From the IMG/VR virus record IMGVR_UViG_3300032050_010539: a stretch of 64,000 bases of DNA. The stretch is one strand, 5' to 3'. Positions 30,715 through 40,189 of this stretch are shown piece by piece. The DNA comes from a virus. Each line of letters starts with the position of its first letter. Position 1 is the first letter of the stretch. The translations under genes and the position numbers were made by a program. Under the pieces are notes generated by a model, which was not told where the DNA came from, did not search any database, and saw only the letters and a list, made by a program, of their open reading frames with translations.

Positions 30715-32014
30715 TACCAATACTACCCCACGAGTACCGGCCGCCGCACCTAACACAACAGTTGGCACTAAGCTGGGGTTGAATGATATAGTAACAGGTA
30801 AGGAGTATCCCGTTAACTTCTATCTTAGTCCTCCTACCTACGATAGCGATATAGATCTTATTGTAGAACTACTAGATAGTGACCAATTAAATAATGAAGC
30901 CAGAACAGAAGCTATAAAGTACCTCAGAGAAGTTTCTACATTGCCTCTTACTGAAGACTTCACCGAGGCAGGAAGAGATAAGGCCAGTGAGTATGTAGCA
31001 GAACTTGCCACTCCGGGTAGTATAGGTATACCTACAGGTAATGAAGTAGATCCTTCTAAGGGAGATTCCAGCAAATTAACAACTAAGCAGGAGCCGACTA
31101 TAACGTATCCACCTGCGGCAGACTGGGGTATGAGAGTTACACAAGTAGACACTAATAAGAGTTATTTCTTCAGTCTATTGCCGGCTATGGACTCAGTCAT
31201 ACCTATGACAGCGAGTAAGGATGTACCCAACGCACTGCCGGGATTACACATACGAGTTAAGGCTAATATTGCTAAGTTGCGGGTACCAGGCAGCACACCT
31301 ATCTACCAGCACATGGGGATAGATAGTGTAATGATAACTGTAGTAGGGATGTTCACTGGAGTAGATGGCGATAAACCGAGCCCGGCTACCTATCTATCTC
31401 ATGCTACTGGTAAGGATAAGGTCGGGACTCTTATGGCTAAGCTAGATACTTATGGCGCTATGCAAAGCTTCTACGAGCACGCATACCTGAGTGGGGCTGA
31501 TCTAGACGTAGAGATTAACATGGCACGCTACCAGGCCTTCGATGTAGAGGAGGGAGTGATACGCTCAGCTAAAACAGGTAATCCCCGCTTCCGCGGACAC
31601 CTATCACTACTCGAGGTAGCACATGCGCGTAGCGATAGAACATACTATACGCTACAATTCGAGACACGCTCTCTAACGGAGGATAAGTGTGAGATAACTA
31701 AGATAGAACATATACCTGCCAGTCTCAAAGAGGCTATAAGCCGGACTACAGTAGAAGAGCAGGCCAATGCGGTGGATAGCGCCCTGGCTATAATTGAGGA
31801 TATTGAGATGGCTAAGCGGGGAATCGATGGCAAAACGCTCTCTCAATGGGAGAGCAGGGATCCTGACCCCATCACCGGCCAGCGCCTTAGCGTGCATGAG
31901 GTATGTGATAGGGGTGGGGCGTGCAGATATTACGTCGTCTCTATAGGACAAGTATTTGAAGTAACTGGTGAAGATGCAATAAATAAACTTAAGGATGAAA
32001 AATATACATACTGA
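30707..32014 (+). CDS. Putative tail-tube-initiator/gpU-like protein
   Basis: IAKLRVPGSTPIYQHMG....ITVVGMF resembles the gpU-like tube-fold signature. Confidence 0.45.
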   Translation: MSNTNTTPRVPAAAPNTTVGTKLGLNDIVTGKEYPVNFYLSPPTYDSDIDLIVELLDSDQLNNEARTEAIKYLREVSTLPLTEDFTEAGRDKASEYVAELATPGSIGIPTGNEVDPSKGDSSKLTTKQEPTITYPPAADWGMRVTQVDTNKSYFFSLLPAMDSVIPMTASKDVPNALPGLHIRVKANIAKLRVPGSTPIYQHMGIDSVMITVVGMFTGVDGDKPSPATYLSHATGKDKVGTLMAKLDTYGAMQSFYEHAYLSGADLDVEINMARYQAFDVEEGVIRSAKTGNPRFRGHLSLLEVAHARSDRTYYTLQFETRSLTEDKCEITKIEHIPASLKEAISRTTVEEQANAVDSALAIIEDIEMAKRGIDGKTLSQWESRDPDPITGQRLSVHEVCDRGGACRYYVVSIGQVFEVTGEDAINKLKDEKYTY

Positions 32015-33935
32015 AGCAAGTATTGAGGCTACGGTGCAGGCCGTTACTGTAGCCACAGGCTCTGTACCTACGACTATTAGTATTGTAGGGGGAGTAGTAA
32101 CAGCATCCACCGCAGGGGCTGCTGCGGGCGATGTAATTAATACAGTTGCTAATGGAGATAGCAGGCAATACACACCTATTGAGGCAGCCAGGGACGCAGT
32201 AACTATACTGGCTCCTACTAAAATAGAAACTGCAGCGCTTGGCAAGGTAGTTGGTGTTGGTACTAAGGTTGCATCTGTACCAGCAAGACTCGCGGGTAAG
32301 GTTATATCAAAGACTGGTATATTAAATACTGGGCCAGGTGCTAAGATAACTGGTAGTCTGGCTCAGTCTACTCAAGGCGTTCGTAGTGCCATTCTCTCTA
32401 CTGCTAATAAGGCTAAGAGTAGCGCAGTGAACTTCACACAGCGCGCCACTCCCGGCATACTACAACCTCCCTCGAATTATCTCAGTAGTAGTAACGTCGC
32501 GGCTAGGTTCACTAGGTTTATAACTCCTGGGGCCAGTAATGTAGCTAGCGCTTCTCCTAATAATGTTGTTAATAATGCAAACGCCCTAACAAGAAGGGAT
32601 ATTCCTAATATAAATAAGGTAAGTCAAGAAAGTGGCGACATAGCCATCCAAATGCGTAATGAGAATGTATCTATAGATAATGCGTCTAGATGGATAGCTG
32701 ATAACTATCCAAGTGCTGATGTTGAAGAAGTACTACGTGCTAGACAAATTATACGTAATAATGTTGATTTTCCAGTAGAAGATGATCCTGCTTCGTTAAC
32801 CACTATTCTGTACAGAGAAGGTTATAGACCACAGGACATGAACCCGGCCGAATTAGTTAATTATATTAAGAATGTTAGGCCCGGCGTATCTGACAGCGTT
32901 GCGACTAGTTTAAGGTATCAGGTACTCAGTGAATATAATGAGAAGTATCCCAGAGCTATAACTGATGAGGGTGTATATAATAACATTATAAAAATTGCTA
33001 ACACTCTACGCCCAGGCGCCACTGAGACCCAGAAGCTCAAGGCTCTTGAAGATATCTCTGATAAAAAGAGAGCTCTCAGAATACTTAACGAGATACTAGA
33101 TAAACGATTAATTAGTAATATAAGAGTTACTTTAGTAAAACCTCCAGAAGGGGAAGTACCTCTTCCACTTAATCCTGACGGTACCCCAATTATCTCAACC
33201 CCTACTGTAGACTCTATTGATGATGAACCTATTATTATTATAGACTATACATTCGATACTATTGATTCTATAGTACCTATACCTACGAATACATTAACCG
33301 CGCCAGCTGTACCAGTAGGATCACCCCACAATACATTACAAACTAATACAGGTACGCTACCAGCATCTGTATCTGCGCCGGCCTCTCCAGCTAATAAGGT
33401 TATTTCTATTATGGGAGGGGGCGCCATATCAGAAGAAGCAGTTGCTAACCAGCTTACTGCAGAGATAGGAGGCCCCCCAATAACGGATTCAGTACTTAGA
33501 GAGACAGTAAGGGTCAATCTAGAGAATAAACAGGCAATAGTTGAAGATAGTCAGATAGAAAGTATATTAAATCTAGTCAAGCAAAAGATTAATCCCGGGT
33601 CTCTAGTAGTACCTAGAGTAGCTAATACAGGTGATATACAGGATATAGTAGAGCAATTACCTGATGAGCTGGGTACGCCTACTAATCAAGTAGTAGGACA
33701 GGCCCCAGATGCTACAACTGGCCGAGCTATTATTAACCATTCTACTTCGTCTATACAAGTAGAACAAATAGCAAAGAATCAGGCACAAGCAATATTAAAT
33801 ACTAATCCCGACATAAATCCTGATACGCTATCTAATAATCAGATACTTGCTCTTGTTGACGTAGCCTTTGCGGTAGATTTTAACAGAGATCCATTTACTA
33901 CTTCTATACGTAATTATATAAAAGTTCTGAAATAA
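31995..33935 (+). CDS. Hypothetical protein (Ala/Thr/Val-rich N-terminus)
   Basis: 646-aa ORF, somewhat more AT-rich than its neighbours. Confidence 0.6.
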   Translation: MKNIHTEASIEATVQAVTVATGSVPTTISIVGGVVTASTAGAAAGDVINTVANGDSRQYTPIEAARDAVTILAPTKIETAALGKVVGVGTKVASVPARLAGKVISKTGILNTGPGAKITGSLAQSTQGVRSAILSTANKAKSSAVNFTQRATPGILQPPSNYLSSSNVAARFTRFITPGASNVASASPNNVVNNANALTRRDIPNINKVSQESGDIAIQMRNENVSIDNASRWIADNYPSADVEEVLRARQIIRNNVDFPVEDDPASLTTILYREGYRPQDMNPAELVNYIKNVRPGVSDSVATSLRYQVLSEYNEKYPRAITDEGVYNNIIKIANTLRPGATETQKLKALEDISDKKRALRILNEILDKRLISNIRVTLVKPPEGEVPLPLNPDGTPIISTPTVDSIDDEPIIIIDYTFDTIDSIVPIPTNTLTAPAVPVGSPHNTLQTNTGTLPASVSAPASPANKVISIMGGGAISEEAVANQLTAEIGGPPITDSVLRETVRVNLENKQAIVEDSQIESILNLVKQKINPGSLVVPRVANTGDIQDIVEQLPDELGTPTNQVVGQAPDATTGRAIINHSTSSIQVEQIAKNQAQAILNTNPDINPDTLSNNQILALVDVAFAVDFNRDPFTTSIRNYIKVLK

Positions 33936-33946
33936 GGGAGAGTCTA

Positions 33947-35095
33947 ATGAGATTACTGATATACATAGGTCAGTCTGTAACTATGAGATATCTAGTAGGT
34001 AAGATAGAGTCTGAGGTGACGGGTACTCTATCTATCACTGATAAGATAGTGACAGTGGGGCCCGCCCGTTCTAATCTACGAGATGTACTGACTATAATAC
34101 AAGACAATAATACTATCTACACTAGGCCAGATGGCACGCCGACCTATAATGCCCCAGTGGCGCAGACGCTAACACGTCCGTTTAGTTGGGCCGCTGACGC
34201 AGAGGCGGCTGTGGTAGAGTACCTAGAGCAGGGTATAGCGCCAGAGGTACAGCTTATACGTCGCACTGCGCTAGTCACATACATAGATAGCCTCATAGTA
34301 GAGGCAGTCAGATTAATTGATAATGACCTCATATTAGAAACAGCAGCAGGAGACGTAAGAACGCCAGTCAACGAAGTACTCCAGATTACTACTGGGGTTC
34401 CATCTCGATGGAGTGATAGTATAATAGACCTGGAGGTATGGTTAGAATCTCTGGGCTCAGGTCGTTTCTACATAGATAGAATAGGAGACGCTACAACGAT
34501 AGAGGCAGATATAGTCTATACTAGTCGGGGCCGTCAGATAGTAGGTAGACTAGGGGATATAACTGTAACGATGCCAATAGAGACAGTAGAGAGCGTAAGA
34601 CAAGGCGATAAGACGTGGTTTAATACCCGGCCGCCGCGGGGGCCCATAATTCCTAACCTAGGTCTACTCCGCGCTGCTACTAGATTTATACGAAATTACA
34701 CAATAAATGAGACTATAGGCGCAGAGTTATACGAGACGTATCTAATAGATGGTACTCGTATAAACAGCCGGGCCATGTATTTACAGGATGGCTGCATAGT
34801 ATTGGCAAATGGGCCAGAGAGCTGGTGGGTCAGTGTAAGAGATGTAAGGTTACTGACGGCTACTATGTTCTCTGGTCTATCAGTTAATACGCTTATACCG
34901 TTAGGCAGGTCTATCCCGCAGGCTCGCACTGTGCCTATACAATCATCTATAGGCGTAATATATAGAGAAGGTGACTATAAGCCCATATTCTTCTTATCTA
35001 TAAGAGAATGGAGTAATATATTCATTCTTGCTACATACGAGAATGATAATTACCTAGTAGCTAAAGAGGAGATTGGCCGAATTGAGTACTATTAA
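33947..35095 (+). CDS. Hypothetical phage protein
   Basis: 382-aa ORF with a GGAG RBS. Confidence 0.65.
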   Translation: MRLLIYIGQSVTMRYLVGKIESEVTGTLSITDKIVTVGPARSNLRDVLTIIQDNNTIYTRPDGTPTYNAPVAQTLTRPFSWAADAEAAVVEYLEQGIAPEVQLIRRTALVTYIDSLIVEAVRLIDNDLILETAAGDVRTPVNEVLQITTGVPSRWSDSIIDLEVWLESLGSGRFYIDRIGDATTIEADIVYTSRGRQIVGRLGDITVTMPIETVESVRQGDKTWFNTRPPRGPIIPNLGLLRAATRFIRNYTINETIGAELYETYLIDGTRINSRAMYLQDGCIVLANGPESWWVSVRDVRLLTATMFSGLSVNTLIPLGRSIPQARTVPIQSSIGVIYREGDYKPIFFLSIREWSNIFILATYENDNYLVAKEEIGRIEYY

Positions 35096-35918
35096 ACCAT
35101 GGCAAGAACTAGTAGCAGAACAACGGCGGCTCAACCCCGCGCGGCCTTATCAGCCGCAGGCAGGTCTATTTGAATATAAGGGCCTAGATGCACTAGTCAT
35201 AGAGGCAGAGAGTTATACATGGGTAGGAATCCAGTGGCTGGGCGGCGATTTATGGGGCCGTCGCGGCTGGCAGGAGATAGCCGTATTTGTAAGAATAGAT
35301 GGCCAGAGCTGGGCCAATAGGCGATATATCTACTTACCAGTAGATTTAGTAGAGCATCTCCTGCCATATATACCAATGGTAGATAATGGTTATACACTAC
35401 GTTATCCCTCAGCGGATGATCTAGTACCTATATTCAGTGGTAGGCTGGTGTTGTTAAGTAGTCAGGGTATACACCCCCTATTACCCGGCTGGTTATGGAC
35501 TGGACGAGTGATATGGCCTTACTATGAATATCAACACGTATCAGGTAATATAGCGCCGCCTAATACTCTCCAGTGGAGTAAGTTAAGACCTACTAATCTA
35601 CTAGATCCCCTTGGTCCACCAAGCGTAGAGCAGATGACGCGTACACTACCTAATCTAGTAGGTGAGTTACCCACTAGGTTAGAGGAACCCTGGATAGGAA
35701 CGTATACGGGCTGGTCTACTATTAATTATGGTGAGGAGACTACGCTATATCAATATAGAGCCCAGACTCAGGAATTATTCCTACTAGATAGCCCTCCATT
35801 ATTAGATAGTATTTTATACAAACAGCAGTGGTTAATTGATAAGGTGCGCCTCAGTCATAGTATTGTACAGGGCGTAGTTATACAGCAGACAGTAACAGCA
35901 ACATTGAGATTATGGTAA
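35073..35918 (+). CDS. Hypothetical phage protein
   Basis: 281-aa ORF in the operon. Confidence 0.6.
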   Translation: MAELSTIKPWQELVAEQRRLNPARPYQPQAGLFEYKGLDALVIEAESYTWVGIQWLGGDLWGRRGWQEIAVFVRIDGQSWANRRYIYLPVDLVEHLLPYIPMVDNGYTLRYPSADDLVPIFSGRLVLLSSQGIHPLLPGWLWTGRVIWPYYEYQHVSGNIAPPNTLQWSKLRPTNLLDPLGPPSVEQMTRTLPNLVGELPTRLEEPWIGTYTGWSTINYGEETTLYQYRAQTQELFLLDSPPLLDSILYKQQWLIDKVRLSHSIVQGVVIQQTVTATLRLW

Positions 35919-36280
35919 CTAAGCTAGATCTAGTTAAGGATAGAGCTATTATACGAGGGGCCCTCTGGGATCTACTGACTATACTACGTCAGGGAGACCT
36001 AACAGCACTGCAGTGCCGGGGCCAGATACGAGATGGAGAGGATGGTGAGTTATTTGCTAACTTTGAGTTTGAGCCTCTAACTACAGTAGATAGAGATGGA
36101 GTGATCTACACACGTATTAAACCCTATCTAGGTGCCACACGTACTAAGCAGATACCTACTACAGCACCGCGTCAGACATGGTTCTATGATATAGAGTTAT
36201 ATGATCCCCTCGATGATGATATAGTGTATAGAATCATCGACGGCGCTGTAGAGAGCCGTCTAAACATAACATTACCTTAA
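35912..36280 (+). CDS. Small virion adaptor-like Ig-fold protein
   Basis: Pattern IIRGA.W...DLT....RGQIRD...WFYDIEL.D......RIIDG.VE is common in phage structural proteins. Confidence 0.5.
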   Translation: MVTKLDLVKDRAIIRGALWDLLTILRQGDLTALQCRGQIRDGEDGELFANFEFEPLTTVDRDGVIYTRIKPYLGATRTKQIPTTAPRQTWFYDIELYDPLDDDIVYRIIDGAVESRLNITLP

Positions 36281-36281
36281 C

Positions 36282-36752
36282 ATGTACACAAGAGCACTAT
36301 ACTCCTTCCTACTATCTCAGATTAATACTAATCTAGTAGTCATTCTAATCAATCGGCCCGAGCTAGGTATAGGTACTGTATTAACCCCCACTGAGATAGA
36401 TGCCCGCCTGAATATCACCATGGCTGAAGCAGCCCTCTGGGAGATTAGTGGTTATAGTAGATTCATCGTCACTACCCCAATCATCACTATCCCAACACGT
36501 ACAGCACCCACTGCTAGTTTGGTTGCTACTGCTACATTCACGCCATCAGGGGGGCCGATAGGGCCCTTCACTCATGCACTGGTAGTACGGGGGGCTAACC
36601 TAACTGGTGCCAGTCCAGCTAATGGTAATAACCGCGGTAGTAACGTGGGTACTGTAGTGCACATAGAAACCGTAGTTAGCGCACCACTCTCGGTAGCACC
36701 ACCTGCAGTATACAATTGCACTATCAATTTACTGCTCAACGAGCAGACATGA
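36282..36752 (+). CDS. Putative virion structural protein
   Basis: Beta-rich, with EISGYSR...ATFTPSGG.IGPFTHA pattern. Confidence 0.5.
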   Translation: MYTRALYSFLLSQINTNLVVILINRPELGIGTVLTPTEIDARLNITMAEAALWEISGYSRFIVTTPIITIPTRTAPTASLVATATFTPSGGPIGPFTHALVVRGANLTGASPANGNNRGSNVGTVVHIETVVSAPLSVAPPAVYNCTINLLLNEQT

Positions 36753-36926
36753 CTCCTATAGCTGCGACTTAGTAGAGAGGCCAGCAGGGTATAGTTCTGT
36801 GGCCTCCTCGACTGTTAGTTTTATTCATTCGCATATAATAAAATTCCACCACCTCAATACTAAGCATAGTGCCAATTACTACACGAGCCGTGCTATAAAC
36901 TTCCAAATCTAGAGTCAAGTACATGC

Positions 36927-37718
36927 GTGGTGCCTGCTATTAACCACATAGTGAGGGGCATACTACTAAAGCGTCGCTGTCTAAACTCATTATTCATTGT
37001 GATTAACCTCGAGTCATTAATTAGAACACGGGCCCCTGCGCTATTAGGCGCTCTGCCACTATTAGATTGGTGGATAATACAATTACTCAGTAGTACTGAT
37101 TACCCTGTCGTAGTTCTCAATAGGGATATACATTCTGTTAGAGTGCCCGGCCCCTACGACATGATAGATAGTAGGGGTAATTTTATCATGCGCTCAGAAT
37201 TAGATAGCTGGGGTCTAGAACCACTGCAGAGAGCCATCCTCTCTACTAAGGCGGAGGGCAGTATAAGCGCATACGTACTGCGGTCAGGCAGCTCTAGTAC
37301 TATTATAATCTACACTGCATTCTCTCGAGACAATAGTCTAGATCAAGAGGTACAATTAGAGGTCCCGCAGAATACAACGGTAGTAACTATCCGCTTCAAT
37401 TCAACTGTGCCCTGGACACTACGCTATATAGAATCGCCCCCCCGCTTAGATGTACCAATACCAGATGAGTACATAGAGCTAGAGATAGACGCGGGCACTC
37501 ATATTATGAGTACCATATCGTCTATATATCTGAATCCATCACTACCAGTAAACACAATATCGGGCCCTGCAGCAATACACATGATACCCCAAGGTGACGT
37601 ATTCTATGTCGCTATAAATGAGGATCCTAATTTAGTCAAGGCTATACAACCTGACATAGACATAATAGAATACACAGAGACTAAGAATATGTGTATGGAG
37701 GTGACACTTGGCGCGTAA
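36927..37718 (+). CDS. Hypothetical protein (start uncertain)
   Basis: ORF immediately upstream of the terminase. Confidence 0.55.
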   Translation: MVPAINHIVRGILLKRRCLNSLFIVINLESLIRTRAPALLGALPLLDWWIIQLLSSTDYPVVVLNRDIHSVRVPGPYDMIDSRGNFIMRSELDSWGLEPLQRAILSTKAEGSISAYVLRSGSSSTIIIYTAFSRDNSLDQEVQLEVPQNTTVVTIRFNSTVPWTLRYIESPPRLDVPIPDEYIELEIDAGTHIMSTISSIYLNPSLPVNTISGPAAIHMIPQGDVFYVAINEDPNLVKAIQPDIDIIEYTETKNMCMEVTLGA

Positions 37719-39486
37719 ACGTAAGCTGGATCCAATAGAACTATTCGATGAGTTAGCGTATGAAGGCCTAGCTCAGGTTAAGACTGGGCACGTTATAGGT
37801 ATAGTTGAATTTGCAGAGCAGTATCTACTGGCCCCCGGTGATACATTATTCCCGCCTCAGAGAGCTATACTGCGCGCTCTCTATAATGAGCCTCTACTAG
37901 AGGATGAGCTAGCTATACTACAACGATGGGCTGAGCAAGACGTAACCACCTGGGTACCAGACCGCTCCTACGTCAACATGGTACTAGAGTGTGGGCGACG
38001 AGGAGGTAAGAGCGTGCTAGCAAGTATATGCGTGCTCTACGAGTTCTATTGCCTTATTAACCTAGATAACCCAGCTAAGCACTATGGTCTCCTGAGTGGA
38101 TCCCCTATAGCTATATTTGTTATAGCGCGAAGCGGGGCCCAGGTCAATGAGACGCTATTCGGCGCAATCAGGGGCTACGCTAGCCAGAGCGGGTACTTCA
38201 AGGGGCTAGTGAACAGTGGTCAGATAGAGATACTCACGCAGGAGATACGTTGCCCGGCTAAAAATATAGCCATCTACGCTAAACACACTAACTCGCAGTC
38301 CCTAGTAGGTTACTCCCTTAAGATGTTGGTTCTAGATGAGGCGGCCCGCTTCGAGTATAACGAGCTAGGGGAATCGAAGGCAGATGATATATGGAGTAAC
38401 GTAGCTAAGGGGCTGAGTACCTTCGGGGATAAAGGTAAGAAGATAGCCATCAGTTCTGCTTGGGGTGAGGGGGACTACATACAGAATCTCTATAAGGTAG
38501 CGACACGCGATGCGCGCATGGTGGCATTCCGCCTACGCACCTGGGATATCAATCTACGACCAGAGGTCAGTGAGTATAGCCTCAAGAATAGTGAGGACTA
38601 CATACGCGATCCCGTGACAGCAGCTCTGGAGTATGAGGGCATACGCTCTAGTAAGCACGGCTCCTTCTTCCAGAAGGAGTATATAGAGGAGGCAGTTAAG
38701 GGTCTCTCTTGTCTGGATGCACGTTCTATACCACTGGATATAGCCAATGGGGATGATACACGCTATTACGTATCACTGCAGATAACTAGGCTAGAGAGAC
38801 TCAGTGAGGGCCGCTCCTATCTACACGTAGACTACGGACTCAAGAAGGATAGTGCCGCTATTGCCTTCGTAAGGAGCACTAAGCTAGAGGATGGTAGATG
38901 GGGCGTCATAGTAGATGGTCTACTAGTGTGGAAGCCCTATAGTGATAGAGATGGTAGAGGGAGGGGCATACAGCGTATAGTCTCCTACCTAGATATAGAG
39001 GAGAAGTTAGTGCAGATATGTCAGGCCCGCCATATTAGTCTCTGCTCATTTGACTCGTATCAATCTCAGTCCACTATACAACGACTACACGCCCACGGCA
39101 TACGCTCTACTGAGATGAGTACCACTAATACAGCGCAGCTGAGTTACTATAACCTAACGCGACAACTACTCAATGAGGGGCGACTGATACTACCTCGCGA
39201 TAGTACCTGGACGCATAGTCTGATGGCCGAGATGGGCGGTATATTACAACTGGCTAGTGGTAAGATAACTCACAACGAGCGGGCCAGCGGTAAGGACATA
39301 ATAGATGCTGTAGTCAACGCTGTATTTAACTGCGTTAAGGAGGGCAGTACTCTCATGGGATTCAGTATGAGTTCTAGTGGCATCAAGAGTATCAGTAGCA
39401 AGACACTCAAGAAGAATAGAGAACTAACTACAGCTCGCGGTAAGGGGTTACTATTAGCAGCGCGTAAGCGGCGGCCCTCAATCTAA
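37708..39486 (+). CDS. terL: Terminase large subunit
   Basis: Walker A CGRRGGKS, Walker B LVLDEAA, coupling motif ISS, and nuclease motifs LHVDYG..KD, SFDSYQS, KDIIDA. Confidence 0.92.
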   Translation: MARKRKLDPIELFDELAYEGLAQVKTGHVIGIVEFAEQYLLAPGDTLFPPQRAILRALYNEPLLEDELAILQRWAEQDVTTWVPDRSYVNMVLECGRRGGKSVLASICVLYEFYCLINLDNPAKHYGLLSGSPIAIFVIARSGAQVNETLFGAIRGYASQSGYFKGLVNSGQIEILTQEIRCPAKNIAIYAKHTNSQSLVGYSLKMLVLDEAARFEYNELGESKADDIWSNVAKGLSTFGDKGKKIAISSAWGEGDYIQNLYKVATRDARMVAFRLRTWDINLRPEVSEYSLKNSEDYIRDPVTAALEYEGIRSSKHGSFFQKEYIEEAVKGLSCLDARSIPLDIANGDDTRYYVSLQITRLERLSEGRSYLHVDYGLKKDSAAIAFVRSTKLEDGRWGVIVDGLLVWKPYSDRDGRGRGIQRIVSYLDIEEKLVQICQARHISLCSFDSYQSQSTIQRLHAHGIRSTEMSTTNTAQLSYYNLTRQLLNEGRLILPRDSTWTHSLMAEMGGILQLASGKITHNERASGKDIIDAVVNAVFNCVKEGSTLMGFSMSSSGIKSISSKTLKKNRELTTARGKGLLLAARKRRPSI

Positions 39487-39559
39487 TCATGTCCACAATA
39501 GATAAGCTCATCTCATCCATGATGTATTAAAAACTGTCCCCAGGCGCGCCATAACCATA

Positions 39560-40189
39560 ATGAAATTATCTCCAGTTATATTTGAGTTCCAGGAATTATT
39601 CAGCTCGTGGCGATACTACCTGTATATCACACCGCCGCGTTCTCTTCGTGGGGTCACGCCTGGCACCAGTCAAAGAATACATCTCCAGTCGACTATACCC
39701 CTACGTTTATTGCTGGCCCCCTGCGAGCCAGAGTATATACCACTGGCCTATCCCCAGTACAGCACACCGCGAGCCAGTGAGGCATTCAGGCTAGAGAATG
39801 CCTATAAGATAGAGATCTGGAGATGGAGGCAACAATCTAAGGTACCAGGGCGCGTAGTCCAGGATTATCAGGAGTCATTAGTAGACACACGATACTGGTG
39901 GATAGGTATGTCTACCAGTCGCGAGCGTATAGAGATAACACCAGTAAACAATATAATTAGTTTATTCGATTACCCCGATATACTAGCAGGCATCGTTGTT
40001 AAAGATGCACTGGGTGCTATTGTAGATTACACCGTCAAGGACCAGAGCACTAGCCGAGCAGAGCGCTTCAAGGCGGAGATAGAATTACCTAATAATGATC
40101 CCGTAGTAGTAGAATACGATACACCGGTAGTGCCGATAGAGGTCTCCTATACAGATAAGGTCAGTGAACAGTGGAATCGGATCTACTAA
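39560..40189 (+). CDS. Hypothetical phage protein
   Basis: 209-aa ORF. Confidence 0.6.
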   Translation: MKLSPVIFEFQELFSSWRYYLYITPPRSLRGVTPGTSQRIHLQSTIPLRLLLAPCEPEYIPLAYPQYSTPRASEAFRLENAYKIEIWRWRQQSKVPGRVVQDYQESLVDTRYWWIGMSTSRERIEITPVNNIISLFDYPDILAGIVVKDALGAIVDYTVKDQSTSRAERFKAEIELPNNDPVVVEYDTPVVPIEVSYTDKVSEQWNRIY

